Part shown: positions 45,401-58,244 of the stretch, one piece after another | Position numbering within the stretch: position 1 is the stretch's first letter | Layout of the letters: each line of letters starts with the position of its first letter | From: the human T2T-CHM13v2.0 reference genome, Homo sapiens | Length of the DNA stretch: 64,000 nucleotides | Direction: 5' to 3' (one strand) | Assembly: GCF_009914755.1 (NCBI RefSeq) | Contig: NC_060947.1 | Notes under the pieces: generated by a model | Databases searched by the model: none | The model's input: only the letters and a program-made list of their open reading frames with translations | Told to the model about the DNA's origin: nothing | Position numbers and translations under genes: made by a program

Positions 45401-47276
45401 GGTACCCATCTGCTATAACCCTTGGCCCTTTGCACCTCACTTTATAGCCACTTGAATCTAAGTGTCATCCTCACCAGTCCTATCCTACTGTGTGTTCCTG
45501 CAGATAACAATAGTGTCTTGGGCTTCCTGAGATGCCACTTGCTAAAGGCCAATGCCTTATACTTAGTAGGTGCTCATTCCATATTTGGCCAATGTCAAAA
45601 CTTTCAACATTGCTTTATTGAGCTCTCGATACTGTTTTATTGGCATGTAAAGCCTGTCATAATTCATCTTCGAAGGCAGTCATCTTCATTCCTTTCCACA
45701 TGGCACCAATGTCATTTCATTAATTTACCAGGTGGTAAAAACATACTCAAAACCATTCATTCTGAGGATCTTTTAGATTTTTAAATCTTTATATTTGTTC
45801 ACCTCCAATAATATGTCATGAAAGCTAATTTCTGGCCTTACAGACCGTATGCTACTCCTAGGGGAGAGAAAAATGGCAAAATAAGTCCTTCAATTCACCA
45901 TGCTGGACTTTTCCTTGGACAATAATCTAATAAAAGAACAACAAATGTCAATAAAGGATTGTAATATTTTTTCTAAGTCTATAATTATTTACTTGCACAG
46001 TTGTTCTATTTCGTTTTCACTGAAAGCTTTATCTTAAATTGTTTATTTGTTAAAAAATAAAATATTGTTCATCATGAGTTTTGATAGTCTCTGTATATTG
46101 ACCGTGGGAAACCAAACATACTTGAAATCATAGAGCTTAGAAGAGTCATTAAAGATTTTCTGTTGCCATGGAAAAACGCTTGAGTGGGAAAGCAGGTCAC
46201 AGCATTCTCTATAAAGTGACATAATGACTGCAGAAATAAGCATAAGAATGGGAAAAGAACCCAAATATTGTTTATGGTCATGGCTAACGAGTGGCATTCT
46301 GTTTGGCTTCGCTTCCATTACTAACAGTTTCCCGTGGCTTCCACGTTTTACTTCTGATTGAAAAAAAAAACCATACATTTAAAATAGTAATTGTCTAGTA
46401 AGATTCATTTGCTTCATAGATAAGAAAACAAAAGTCCGGAGTGTGTGGGAAAACGAGGAGCGGAAATCTTGCCTCAGGACTCTAAGTCTAACTTGTACTT
46501 TGAATTCTGATTTGGGAGAGACATTGATTTATAATTTCATTTGTCAATTCATCCAAAAGTTTGGGTACAATAAGAATCCTATGCATTTTAAAACCTGGCA
46601 CACATTCTAAAGTTAAGTGGGAAACTATGGTTGTACATGAACAAGGGATGTGTTGACTAAGTTTCTTCTTTCTTTGAGATGGAGTAGCCATTTGGACTCA
46701 TCGTCTTGTGGCAATGCCCCTTGCCCTACTCCCTAGTGCCTCCTCTCAGTCATCTCCTCTTCCCAAGTGCACATTGCCAATAGTAGCTTCAGTCATCCAG
46801 AAATGCTCATAACCTCTGGTGCAAAAGGAAATTAGACTGCTCTGGCAAATGGCTGTCACTGTGTCTGAGTATGAGTTGTTTTCACTAAAGGAAACCTGAA
46901 CTTTTTGGTGCTAATTCCTGCTAATTGCTGACACCTCATAATTAAATTGGCAGAAATTTCACTCCAGGGTCATGGCATATAAAAACTGGCAGGCTTCTTT
47001 AAAGATGACTTTCTCAAAGGACTCTGAGACTGGGGACTGTGGGATCAACGGAATGTTTCCAGGACTTCATTCTATGAAGAATTCAATGGGCACAGAGGGC
47101 CACAAGGGAATGCTGTTTAAGGTAGGGCATAAGACTTGTGGATACCTAAGGAACTAGGGTTCATAGCGGCCAGTAGGGCATGGTGGTCTCCAATTATTAT
47201 AATGCGAAATGCAAATACAAAGTGGTATTCAGGCTCGGGCATATGATTTCAAGAATAATCACCATCCCTTCTAGAT

Positions 47277-47492
47277 CAGCATTTGACAAACTACAACATG
47301 AAGGCCAAATCCAGCCCCCCACTGCCTGTTTTTACAGATAAAGTTTTGTTAGAGTACAGCCATACCCATTCATTTTCATGATCTTTATGGCTGTTTTTGT
47401 ACTACAAGAGCAGAGTTCAGTAGTTGTGACAAAAATCAATGGTCTGCAAGAGCAAAAATATTCCTGAATACGGAAAAACTTAGCTTACCCTG
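47277..47492 (+). mobile_element. MER58A hAT-Charlie MITE
   Basis: 'ggccaaatccagccc...gcctgtttttacagataaagttttg'; 8-bp TSD ttctagat/tcctagat. Confidence 0.8.
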
Positions 47493-47705
47493 TCCTAGAT
47501 CATAAAAGAGAAAAGTTAGAAGAAATAATCCTAAAAGGAAACAAGTATAAAAGAAGAATTAAAGAGACTCCCAATCTATAGTGTGGAAGCTTAGCAATGA
47601 AACAGCTTGAAATAGAGATGAACGGATGGGAGAAAACTGTATTCCTGGAATAAAATAGGCATGTGTGTGGACAGTTCTTTAAGGGCGGTTATGAATCATC
47701 TAAAG

Positions 47706-47835
47706 CTGGTGTTGACAAACTACAGCCTCCTGGTCAAAACTGGCCCACCATGTGTTTTTATAAATGACATTTTATGGGAATACAATCACACCCATTTGTT
47801 TATGTATCTTCTATGGCTGTAGCGTTACTACAAAA
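47706..47835 (+). mobile_element. MER58A fragment
   Basis: Homologous to the 5' half of 47277-47492. Confidence 0.65.
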
Positions 47836-48149
47836 ACCTTTAATAACAGAATGAGACATTTAACTCTTATGGCCTCAAGTGCCCTCCTCTTTTGGTCTTC
47901 CCCAACTTGCAAGACCTCTGAATCAGCTTTGCAGGCTCCTTTTCTTTCTCTAAGATTTGCTTATTGTTCTCCACCCATTCTGGCCACATTTCCAGTCTTA
48001 TTACCCATTATCTGCAAGAGCAAATGGGAGAAACTTTACCTGGAGGCAGTATTTTGGCCCATGATTACATGTCATATCCCAAATCATGGGTAAAACACAA
48101 ACTTGGAATTTTAGGACTTGGTATCTGCTTAAATAAATTCCTCCTAACA

Positions 48150-48480
48150 TATTGATTAATGGATCAATGTTATGTTGGAAGAATGTCTCCAGTGACATAC
48201 CCAGGGCCCTGTTCTGTTTAACATTTTTATCAAATGACTTAGATAAAAAGCCAGAAGGCAAATTTATCAAATTTTTGTTAACACAAAGAAAGCAAGAAGC
48301 AATAAGTAAAGTTTGGGATACCAGAATTAACATTCAAAAAGACCTCAGTGGACTGGAGCTCTGAGTCAAACTGAACAAGATGAAGCATTGCTTGGCAAAT
48401 GGTAAAGCTCAGCCTTGAGGTTAAAAGAAAATCAATTGTGCAGTTACTGGAAGTGAACTAAATGGTTTGAGAGTAGTTTG
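48150..48480 (+). mobile_element. L3/CR1 LINE reverse transcriptase fragment
   Basis: ORF 48152-48364 INGSMLCWKNVSSDIP...NDLDKKPEGKFIKF...RINIQKDLSGLE resembles CR1 RT (VSSGVPQ...NDLD...LIKFADD...IQKDLDRLE). Confidence 0.75.
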
Positions 48481-48829
48481 TGTGCAAAATTCAATGTCAG
48501 TGGCCTTACTTCCCTGCTAAGTAAAATGCTAGTAAAAATAGCTGATTATCCTAAATGGCTTAGTACAGGAGTACCGCCACAGTCTGTCTCAGGAGCAGAA
48601 CTGGGTTTGTGGTTGAGATATCTTGGAACTATATCATCTAAAATGAGGTGGAAAGACTATAGCATTCCTAGCATAGAGAAACATACTCTGACTCTGAGGT
48701 TAATTTTATTCACGAGTTTCAGTGGTAATCCCAAATCACATGCAGAGATTGCAAGGTTTCCCCTTACACATGACTTATTATGCTAACACTAGGAAAGTCC
48801 TGGACAAACTAAGACATTTGGTCACACTA

Positions 48830-49260
48830 CATTATGCTTCAGCCACACTTAACTCCTATCTATTCAGCAAACAGTTTCAACTTGTTCTTGCCTTGGGGTC
48901 CGAGCACTTGCTGTTCCCTCTGCCTGGGAATATCTTCCCCTAGATTTTCACATGGCCGTTGGGACATTTTGGTCCCAACTGAAATGCCACCTCCCTTGAA
49001 ACCTCACATTTATAATAACGATTTTGTTTCACCACTATCTTTCAAATTGCTCTGTTTTATTTTCTTCATAACAGTTCTTACTATCTGAACTTATTTTATT
49101 TGTTACTTGTTATTATCTTTCTCACCACATTAGAATATAGGTTAAAAAGAAAAGTTTTACCTCTTTTGCTCATTGCTCTACCCTCAGCAACTAAACCAGA
49201 ACTGAACACGTAATAAGAACTCAATAAATATTTGTTGAATGGATAAATGAAAGTGAATGA
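48830..49260 (+). mobile_element. L2a 3' end
   Basis: Ends 'aactcaataaatatttgttgaatggataaatgaa'. Confidence 0.8.
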
Positions 49261-49679
49261 TTCTGCATGGTATATATTCTGCATATATACACCAAAGTGC
49301 TCTGAAAAAAAAAAACCATAGGATAAGTCAAATCCAGAGAGCTGGCAAACTTTCAGATGAGGTCGCACAGGTCAGTATGCTACGGGGATGAGTCTAGTGT
49401 ACTTTTATTACAAGCTGGGAAAGCTGATGTCAATTGGGACTTACGAGATTGCTATGTAAGTACTGTCTACACCCAGGAGAGCAAAGTCTGGGCCGTTTGC
49501 ATGCTCTGTGCTGTGGTCTTGAAGTGAAAAATGTCTATTTTCATCTTAAATTTCTTGAGGCTCTCTAGCTCTGGTCAAATTATCATCAGAGTTTTAAGAA
49601 ATTTCAAATTAGAATATTGAGAGAAAAATATCTATGGCCTCACAGCCAATTTTCCTTTTAGAAATATTGGCCATACAGT

Positions 49680-50080
49680 TTCTTTCTATTATGAACTCCC
49701 AGAAGATGTGGTTATTTTCTCCCAACATTCCAGTCCATTCCATCATAATTAGGTCCATAGCATCATTTCCCCTCAATGCTTCTTTAACCTTCTGAGAAAT
49801 GAAATTGTCAGCAAGGCAAATCCCAAATTTATCAGATGCTCTGCTTTTAACAGAATGAGACTTCCATCAGATGCCTGGACAGCTAAATCCTTCCATTCCT
49901 GCTGTAGCTTCCCTCTATGCCAGTTCTGTAATCTTCATTATGGAAGCATCAACCATGTCCTCTGTGAAATATTTCCTTGATTGCACTGCAATTTCTCCCT
50001 ATTTGTATGCTCCTGCAAATGTTCACCATCTTATTCTCCTTTACATTTTGTGTGAATTTTCACGGAGGTTTAATATGTTT
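49680..50080 (-). mobile_element. L3/CR1 LINE endonuclease fragment
   Basis: Minus translation FSCPGI*WKSHSVKSRASDKFGICLADNFISQKVKEALRGNDAMDLIM resembles CR1 APE (FNYPDICW...FL..L.DNF..Q.V...TRG.A.LDLI). Confidence 0.7.
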
Positions 50081-51974
50081 TTAACATGCAGGATGAGATG
50101 GTCCCTAGGACAGAACCAGAAAGAAAGGGCAAATCTTAGTACCAACCCTCTATGGACAGATAAAAGGAGTGACTCACAAAAGTCCAATGTGAACTGACTA
50201 TCTGGCTGAAAGTTCTCTTCTGCTGTCTTTCAACAGACCATTGCTCTATCAGTCAACATTTTTTGTACTAAGGAACTGAAGATTTAAAATTTCAGAAAAA
50301 AATGTTATTCAGAGTCCAATGGTCAAAAACAGTATGACTGAATGTAGCACAAAACTACTTGAATGGAAGAATCCATTTAGTCAAAGTGACATCAAGAGGA
50401 TTTATTTCAGCAAGCATCTTTTAAGAGTTTCTTCTGTGCAAGGTAGAATACCAGAGAAAACAGATGACCTAGATTTGTTTGCAAAAATCAGGGGCTTACA
50501 GCCCCCAAAGTGTACACCCAGCTTTAAGTTTAGTTATATAGGGTCTAAAGTCCCTAAAGTTAACAAACAACTAAATAAAAATTAAATGATGCCCAGTCTC
50601 TGTTGGACTCACAATCATACTTGGGAGAGAACTTGACTGATCAACATAGCATATCATTCAGAGGACCCAGCAGACACAAAAGGTGTCACACAGTCCTACT
50701 GTGATATATACCTTGGTCTTCAAAATTCCTCAATATTAAATCTTCATAGTACTACTTGAACATTTAACTTGCAAGAAGAAAAAAAAATGAAAGAATGAAG
50801 AATTGCCCAGACAGAAGGAAGTCTCACTTTCTTCACCACAACCATGTTTACTGACCAGAATCATTGCTATCAGGAACATTCACTGAAATTCTCATTAACC
50901 AATTTGGAAGGAAAATGAACTTTATTTTAATGAGCTAAACATAGCAGATGTCTCCTCCTTCTTTGTTTTCTCTCTCTGTGTGTTTATATTGGGAGAGTTA
51001 ATTGCAAAGCAGGGACATCCTATAAGTCCCCAAAGTGGAAACTTTTCTTCAAGACTGAGGTTATCAATTCTTAAACCACCACATGATTATCTACATTTCT
51101 AAACATTGTCTTACTCTTGCATTTGAATCCTGGCTTCTTTTAATGCTGCTGAAGTATTTTTGGTCTTGTACTTAGACTATACTTTGGCAAACACCAACAT
51201 TTTTAAAAGATTTCAGTGTATTCAGAAAGGATATCTCCTCAATTTATTTTTCTGTAGCTGGGAACAAAGTAACAGAATTTAGAACACTAGAAGAAGAAAT
51301 ATCATTTTAATATTTGTACAGGCAAAGAAAAACTGCATGTCACGAACTGGCATCTATATTAATATTATATATGCGAGAAAATGAATTTTTTATTGTTTCT
51401 TGGACACCAACCTATCATGGTCGCCTTATTACATGCCACCTCTGTGTAAATAAAAGAAAAGGATATTTAAACAAGTAGAAATAATTGTGCATGATTCACC
51501 AGCACAGTTAACTTAAGATTTTGGAGCCTTATAACCACAACTGATAGGAAGATTTATTACCACAGCTGCTTGTATTAAACTTCTTTTCCTTGCAGTTGAA
51601 GGAATCAAATTTCTTCTTGGAGATTAGTCATTTGTGGGGGTGTCGCCAACTGCAAAATGCTTCTGTTATGAATGAGGTGCACTTCTCTGTTGCTGTCCTC
51701 CAGCCCTAAGTCAGTGAGTAATTTTCATCTCTTTATGTGTCTTTCCCGCCTACTATCAGGAACAGATTTTAATGACTTACACAGTCAAACTTTCTTTAGT
51801 TGTTGCTCAAACCTAAAACTTAAGATTGTATTGTTTCTGGTAATGTGATAACCTCACAAGGAAAGGTAGGATGGAATGACATTTTGGCACATGTTTACAA
51901 AATGAAGTCCAAACTGTAGGGAAGGTCTACATGGGGCATGAAAGCAGGAGTTAAGGTATCTTGGGTGGCTATAA

Positions 51975-52155
51975 ATGTGCCGGGCACATTTACTTATTTA
52001 TTTATTTGTAGAAATTATCTTATCTAATTCTTGGAACAATCCTGCAAGAGGCTGGGTGGTATTCCCATTTCACATATGAGAAAACTGACTTTCTCAAGAC
52101 TGTGCAGGTTTTAGTGGCTAAACCAAAAGTTAAGCTTAGGTCCAGCTGGCATCCT
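51975..52155 (-). mobile_element. MIR SINE
   Basis: 'aacaatcctgcaagagg...attcccatttcacatatgagaaaactga'. Confidence 0.65.
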
Positions 52156-53226
52156 TGCTTTCTTTCTGTATGTCAACAGTTTGCCTTTTAGTTATAAAGT
52201 TATAAAGAATTACACAATTATATACGGCACTAATATAACTATACAATATGGTGAGATTGACGCTGTGTCTAAATACGAAAATTCTAAAGCCAACAGACAC
52301 TTCAATTGGTCATATCTTTCACTCCCTACTAAAACCATGTAAAACTGAAAAGGCTCTGTCTTTTCTTATTGAAAAATCCTGGAAACATGCATTCAAAATT
52401 TGCCTTGTCCCTTTTCACAATTGCTAGTAACTGTTTTCCGCATGAAATCCTTTTATCTATTAAGATATCCCCATCACCCTTTAAGCTCTTGTTCGAAACT
52501 ATATGGAGATGATAGGATCTGCACATAGTAAGCTTCTGTCAGCCGAAGATAGATGTCAGAACAATTGAGCAAAGAGTAAGATTTCAGCAAATCCACCAAT
52601 TGTTTGGTTTATTGCATGTCAATTTGGCTACTGGTATTTTTCCATTGAATTGACTAGATGGTTTAGCTACATATACACTTTCTAATTCACCATATATAGG
52701 TGGTTCTAATATGACATATAAGGGGAAAAGAGGGTTGAAAAGTAAAGAAGTATTTCAAGCATTCAAAAGTGTATCCTTGAGTTTAAATTTAAAAATTATT
52801 ATTAAAGAGGTGAATCAACTTAAATAAAGCTGGAAAACATTTTTATTGGGCAGATGTAGCTTATTTGCCCTTTTTTTTGGTCAAGGGTAAAATCAATCAT
52901 GTAGCTAAACCCCTTTATGAGAGTAATAATTCTATTTGACTCAATGTCAATGTAAGTACCTCTATTTGGGTTTTAACAGTCCATTCAACTAAATCAGTCT
53001 GTCCTAGGTCATATAAGTTTCTATAAGACAGAAAAGCAAAGAGAACATATATTTCCACCACTGGATACTTGAACAGTTGAACCTAACCCAGTAAAATAAA
53101 TGGCATACAGCAATTAATTAGAGCTCCAGAACATGAACTATAACAGGCTACTGAGATGCTCTTCCTCTTCTTTCTTCATGTAGATGACATTGTTTTGTCT
53201 CTTTTCCCAACACTTGAGACAAGTAA

Positions 53227-54152
53227 ATGGGTGGTCTAAAAAGAGACAATGCCTCTGAGATGACTGAACTCATCCTTGTTGGATTTGCCCAACACCCTGA
53301 AATCCAGACTGCCTTCTTCTTGGAACTACTGTTTTTCTACTAGTCACAGCGTTTGAGAACATCCTTATCGTTGCTGTAGTGAGATGAGATTCTCGACTTC
53401 ATACTCCTATGGGATTTTTTTTTCCTCAGTACCTTATCCTCCCTTGAAATGTGTTACTCCATCAGCTGGGAGCTATAAGTCTTGGCTCAATGCATCAAGG
53501 ACTTCCCCACCATCTCCTATAACAGCTGTTCTGTTCAGATGATCACACACCTCTTTCTGGGGATGACAGTGTCTCCTCCTTGCTGGCATGGCTTACAACA
53601 GGTTTGTTGAAATCTCTTATCTCCTCCATTACACTATTATTATGAGCAATCGGGTCTGTATACAGTTGGCCTTGGGAATCTGGACCCATGCCTTCTTAGT
53701 AGCAGTCACACTAATCATTGCAATTCCTGCTAGTTATTATGGACACAATGTCATCAACCATTTTACCTTGAGATCCAGGCCCTGCTGAAGCTCGTCTGCT
53801 CAGACACCCTTGTCAGCCTGATTCAGGGTCTGGTTATCAGTGTGTTCACACTGCCCCTGCCCTTCACATTCATCCTCATCTCCTAATTTTGCATTTTTGT
53901 TGTGCTGTGGAGGCTAGGCGTGAAGCTTTCTCCACCTGTGGATCTCATCTGACTGGAGTCACCATATTTTATGGGGCAGCCATCTGCATGTACTTGAAAC
54001 CTCAGTCAAAGGGAACCCAGGAAGAGGATAAAGTTGTCTCAAAACTTTATGGAGCAGTTACTCCCATGTTAAATCCCCCAATTTACATTCAGAGAAATAA
54101 GGATATAAAAGGTGCACTTAGAAAGTTAGCCAAAGGAAATGAAAAATCCTAA
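53227..54152 (+). pseudogene. Olfactory receptor pseudogene (class II, OR13-like), full length
   Basis: MGGLKRDNASEMTELILVGF...DSRLHTPM...MAYNRFVEIS...GHNVINHFT...[10 protein letters not shown]...[18 protein letters not shown]...[22 protein letters not shown]; several stops and frameshifts. Confidence 0.95.
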
Positions 54153-55589
54153 CAGTTCTCTTTAAACGTCTCCAAAGTGCAGGAAAAACAGTGAAAACTT
54201 GGCCTATTATTTCAATTTATATTTCTTTAAAGCAAACAACAAAATTTTAGTGAGCATTCTTTCCATGGTCCCCACTAGGCATTCATTAACAATTTACCAT
54301 AAATATTATCACAAAATTTACCATAAATATTAACACTTTGTCAAGCCCCACATTAAGACCTAAAGCCATGAATGTGCCCAAAGTAGTTCACAGAGAGAAT
54401 AATGGTAGTAGGTATGTGGAGGCAGGCGCAACAGCCATAGTAGCCTATCAGGGAGAGCCCTTTCTCTTGGGTATAAGCCATAAGATTTTTGTAACCAAAC
54501 ATCTTTGTACTTGCCACACAAAGTGGGAAAAATTCATATACAAGACAGTGGTTATACAACCACAATACAGCATTTGCCTCTCATAACACATTTTATAGGT
54601 GTGTACACCAATTTGAACCTAATGGACAAATGGCCCCTCAATTCTCCCATTTAGGTGATAACATTCCATGGCAAGAAGTGTCTTTTGTATGTAAAAGCAC
54701 TTATCTTTTAATAAGTGCTTTTAAATTATATTTATAATTTCTTATTTTAAAGTAATCTTCTCTCAACCAACATTGTTTCTACAAATATTAAATTTCCATC
54801 GTATCAATTTCTTATAAAAATGTCTATACTGAAGTTGTTATTCTTTTGCCTTCTCCTGTTTCTCTGTCTCCTCTTCCATGATATGCTTTAGCGACCCTCT
54901 GGCCATTTCAACCCCCCATTTCTCATACACATTTATGAGCTTTAGTATTTCTGCTCTTCCCAAGAGTCTTCCTGACCAAGATTGTGATTATTTTTCTCCT
55001 TTTTCTCCATTTAATAAGATGCTATATGCACTTTCTGTTATAGGCAGGCAACATTTATTATATACTTTGTGTCATAATAACTTGTTATTCTTTTTCTCAT
55101 CTTAACTTTGACCAACTGACTCTAAAATTCTGCCATAGCACATTCAGAAGGTGGATATATATGTCTTCTTACTTCTAAAACCTTCTTTCCTCCCATGACT
55201 TTTCTTGGGTAGATGGCTTTCTGGTCACAATATTTTCTATCCTTGGCTTTTTTATTTACTTTCTTTCTGAGGATTGATCCTTTCTGGGTTCTTAAAAATA
55301 CCTTACAAAATTGTCTCTTCCCATAAGTTTTCTGCCATTATCATGGGCAAATGGAGTGTGATGCTTACTCCTTGATTGCTGTGATTTGCTGCCAGAGATC
55401 AAGAGGCAAATTCATTGGGAAGAACAATTGTCCATTGATTCTGCCTGACGCTCCTTCATTAGGGATTTTCTTCTGAATCAGTTTTTCTAGGTTTTAAGAG
55501 GGCCAGGAAAAAGTCCCTGTCAGTTCCACACTGCACTTTGTTTGTGGTACCATGTATATATAATCAGAATATACATGCTTGGATGGTGG

Positions 55590-55825
55590 GCAAAGGAATC
55601 AGAAAACTTGAGTTTGAATTCGAGCTCCACATTTACTAGCTGTTCCATTACAGCTTAGGCAAGTTACTTAATTGCTCTGTGCATCACTTTCCCCATCCAC
55701 AAAATAAAAATAGTAATAGTATTCCTCTTATAGTGTTGCTGGAAGGATTAAATTTATGGTTCATGTAAGGCCCTTATAACAGCCCTTGGCACAGGGTAGT
55801 CATTCAATAAATGTTAGATACAATT
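55590..55825 (+). mobile_element. MIR SINE
   Basis: 'gagtttgaattcgagctccacatttactagctgt...ttaggcaagttacttaa'. Confidence 0.8.
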
Positions 55826-56059
55826 GCTATTTTCTATATTTCATCCAAATGCTCCTGTTCTTTTTTTTCTAAAGTCTATTTCCTTTATGAATCTTTCCCT
55901 CCAGACTTCCCAATGAGGAGCTTTGCTAGCCCATTCTCTAATTTTAGAAACACTGTAATATCATATTTCCCTTTGGCTTTCATTTTTATGGCTTTGCTCT
56001 TAATCTGGGTGACTCCTATTCCAGTTCCTCTGACCTATGCTTGATATATTTTAAGTAGA

Positions 56060-56492
56060 GACAGCCCCAAACTTAGGAATGAGTTATGTCCAAAAGCTAA
56101 CTCATAAGTCATCAGCTTGGAACTCAGAGCACGTTTTCTCTACTGAGATAGGGTGGCTACATTCCAAGGGCAGCTCACCAACACCTATTTAGGTCATCAC
56201 TTTATCATTAATAATACTAAAAGTCCTAGGACCATACTTTTTAAAGTATGTTTATTGGAAGATAGGTGTTGAGTCGCAATGTAGCATTCTAAAAACACTG
56301 ACACTGTTAGATGGGATTTCTGATCCCCAAAAAATATTCCATGAGGGTCTCTGCCACCACACTCATGTCCTAGCGGGTATATGAGGAATTCTCACAGCAA
56401 GTTATAAGAGTGGGACTTAGAGAGCTTCTCTAGAGACTATGAAAATAATAACTCACTTCTGTGTATAAGTCATTCACAAGTCAGAGGACTTC
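56060..56492. mobile_element. Old Tigger-like MITE
   Basis: Degenerate inverted ends 'cagccccaaacttaggaatga' / 'tcattcacaagtcagaggact'. Confidence 0.45.
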
Positions 56493-56567
56493 TGATCCTC
56501 TCTTCATTTCTTTTTATGCTATTTATTACTTGTTTGGGATGACTTGATAACACTGTACCTCGGGCCA

Positions 56568-57420
56568 ATCATTCCACAAACATTTACTACGTGTCTACTA
56601 TGTGTTAGGGATGCAAATCCAAATAAGACATTTTTTACCTTTGAGATGATCACATTGGAGCTGGGAAGCAAATATGCACCAGTGAAGAACTACAGATACT
56701 GTGATCCACATTATTTATGAGGTACAGGCACCAGCTATAACTGGGCCAGTCAAGAAATATTTAATATTTTAGCAGTCTTGAGAGAGAGTTTGCCAGTTGG
56801 ATAAGGGAGGACAATTTTAGTGGACATAATGTGAACAAGTACAGAGGTACGAAACCCAGCTTGGTGTACTTTCAGATACTGCCAACAATTCAACATTACT
56901 GCAGCAGAAGGTGTGGGAAGTGTTTCTGGCAATATGTACGACCTGAGAAAAAATCAGTAAGCCAAATTAGGGGGAGACTTGTTATTCTCTATTAAAGAGC
57001 TTGCACTTTCTTCATCCTAGAGATCAACAAATTACAGCCTGAAGGGCCAAATCCAGCCCTTGGCTTGTACAGCCCATGAGCTAAGAATGGTTTGCAAATT
57101 TCTAATGGATGTAAAAAAGGCAAAGAAAAATGTTTTTACAAAGACTGTATGTGTCATACAAATCCAGAAATCTTTACTATCTGGCCCTTTACAGAAAAAA
57201 AAATTGCAGACTCGTGCAGTAAGTAAGTGGTGGGTAATCACTGAAGGTTTTGAGCAAGTCAGTAAAATGTTCAGAATTGTGCTTTAGAAAGTTCACTTTC
57301 ACAACAAATGTGAACAATTGATTGAAGAGATGTAAGACTGGACATAGGGTAATATGATTCGAGCAATAATCTGAGAGCTGATGTGGACCTGAACTGTGCT
57401 ATAGCAATAGAGATTTGGAA
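56568..57420 (-). mobile_element. L2 LINE with nested MER58
   Basis: 'atcattccacaaacatttactacgtgtctactatgtgttaggg'. Confidence 0.65.
57019..57217 (+). mobile_element. MER58 (C-like) MITE
   Basis: 'gggccaaatccagccc...gagctaagaatggttt...tttactatctggccctttacagaaaa'. Confidence 0.75.
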
Positions 57421-58059
57421 AAGACCTGTATCATAGAGTACCCCTTCCTTTTTTATTTTTACATGCAATTTCATGCACATTCCAGATACGTTTTCTCAAA
57501 AGCAGCACAGATATAATAAGGAGCTTCAGGGATAAGGCAATCTCACCTTCAACATCACTCATTTCTTTCCTAAAACTAAATGAGCACAGAGAGATATGGA
57601 GGGGGATAGGGTCTAAAGGCACATAGCTGTGTTTTATTCACATAGTGCAGCCCCTTTTCTATTCCAGAATAGCTCTGCATGAGTTATAAAATTGCATTTG
57701 GTTAAAACAGAGTGTTTTTGTCGAAAGATAATAAATATCCTCTGGCTTCTTACATAATCTCTGAAGTTCACTGATCACCTGTCACTCCTTTAGACATCGT
57801 TTAGATGCGTTTCATGCATTATGAATCATGCCACTATGAGTCTTTAATAGGAAGATTTCTAAAAGCATTGTTTAGAAATGTCAGTGACGTTCAGTTTCTA
57901 AGTTTTTCATTTCTCAAACATCACTCCCTCTCCTTGTTTTATCACATTGGTCATTTCCTTCTTAACCCATATACCAGAGAAATCCACAGATAAATGTTTG
58001 CTCAGCCTACCCCAAAAAGTCTTGGAATAATAATATCTAAATGTTGTTCAAGATATTTG

Positions 58060-58232
58060 CATAAATGTTATCTCATTTGAGCTTCATAAAAACGTGAAGT
58101 GTCTTTACAGATGCGTAATTTAAGAATCTGGAAGCTAAAAACATTTGTCCAGAGTCACATGGCTGTTTAGGTAGTAGAAGCAGGACTAAAAGTCACCTCT
58201 GACCACAAAGCTGGTAGATTTATCACTGTGCT
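58060..58232 (-). mobile_element. MIR SINE
   Basis: 'tatctcatttgagcttcataaaa', 'tttgtccagagtcacatggctg'. Confidence 0.65.
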
Positions 58233-58244
58233 GCATCTACAAGG

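Noticed and set aside
54291-54335. ~24-bp tandem duplication (aatttaccataaatatta twice)
   Set aside because: Ordinary slippage duplication in AT-rich DNA
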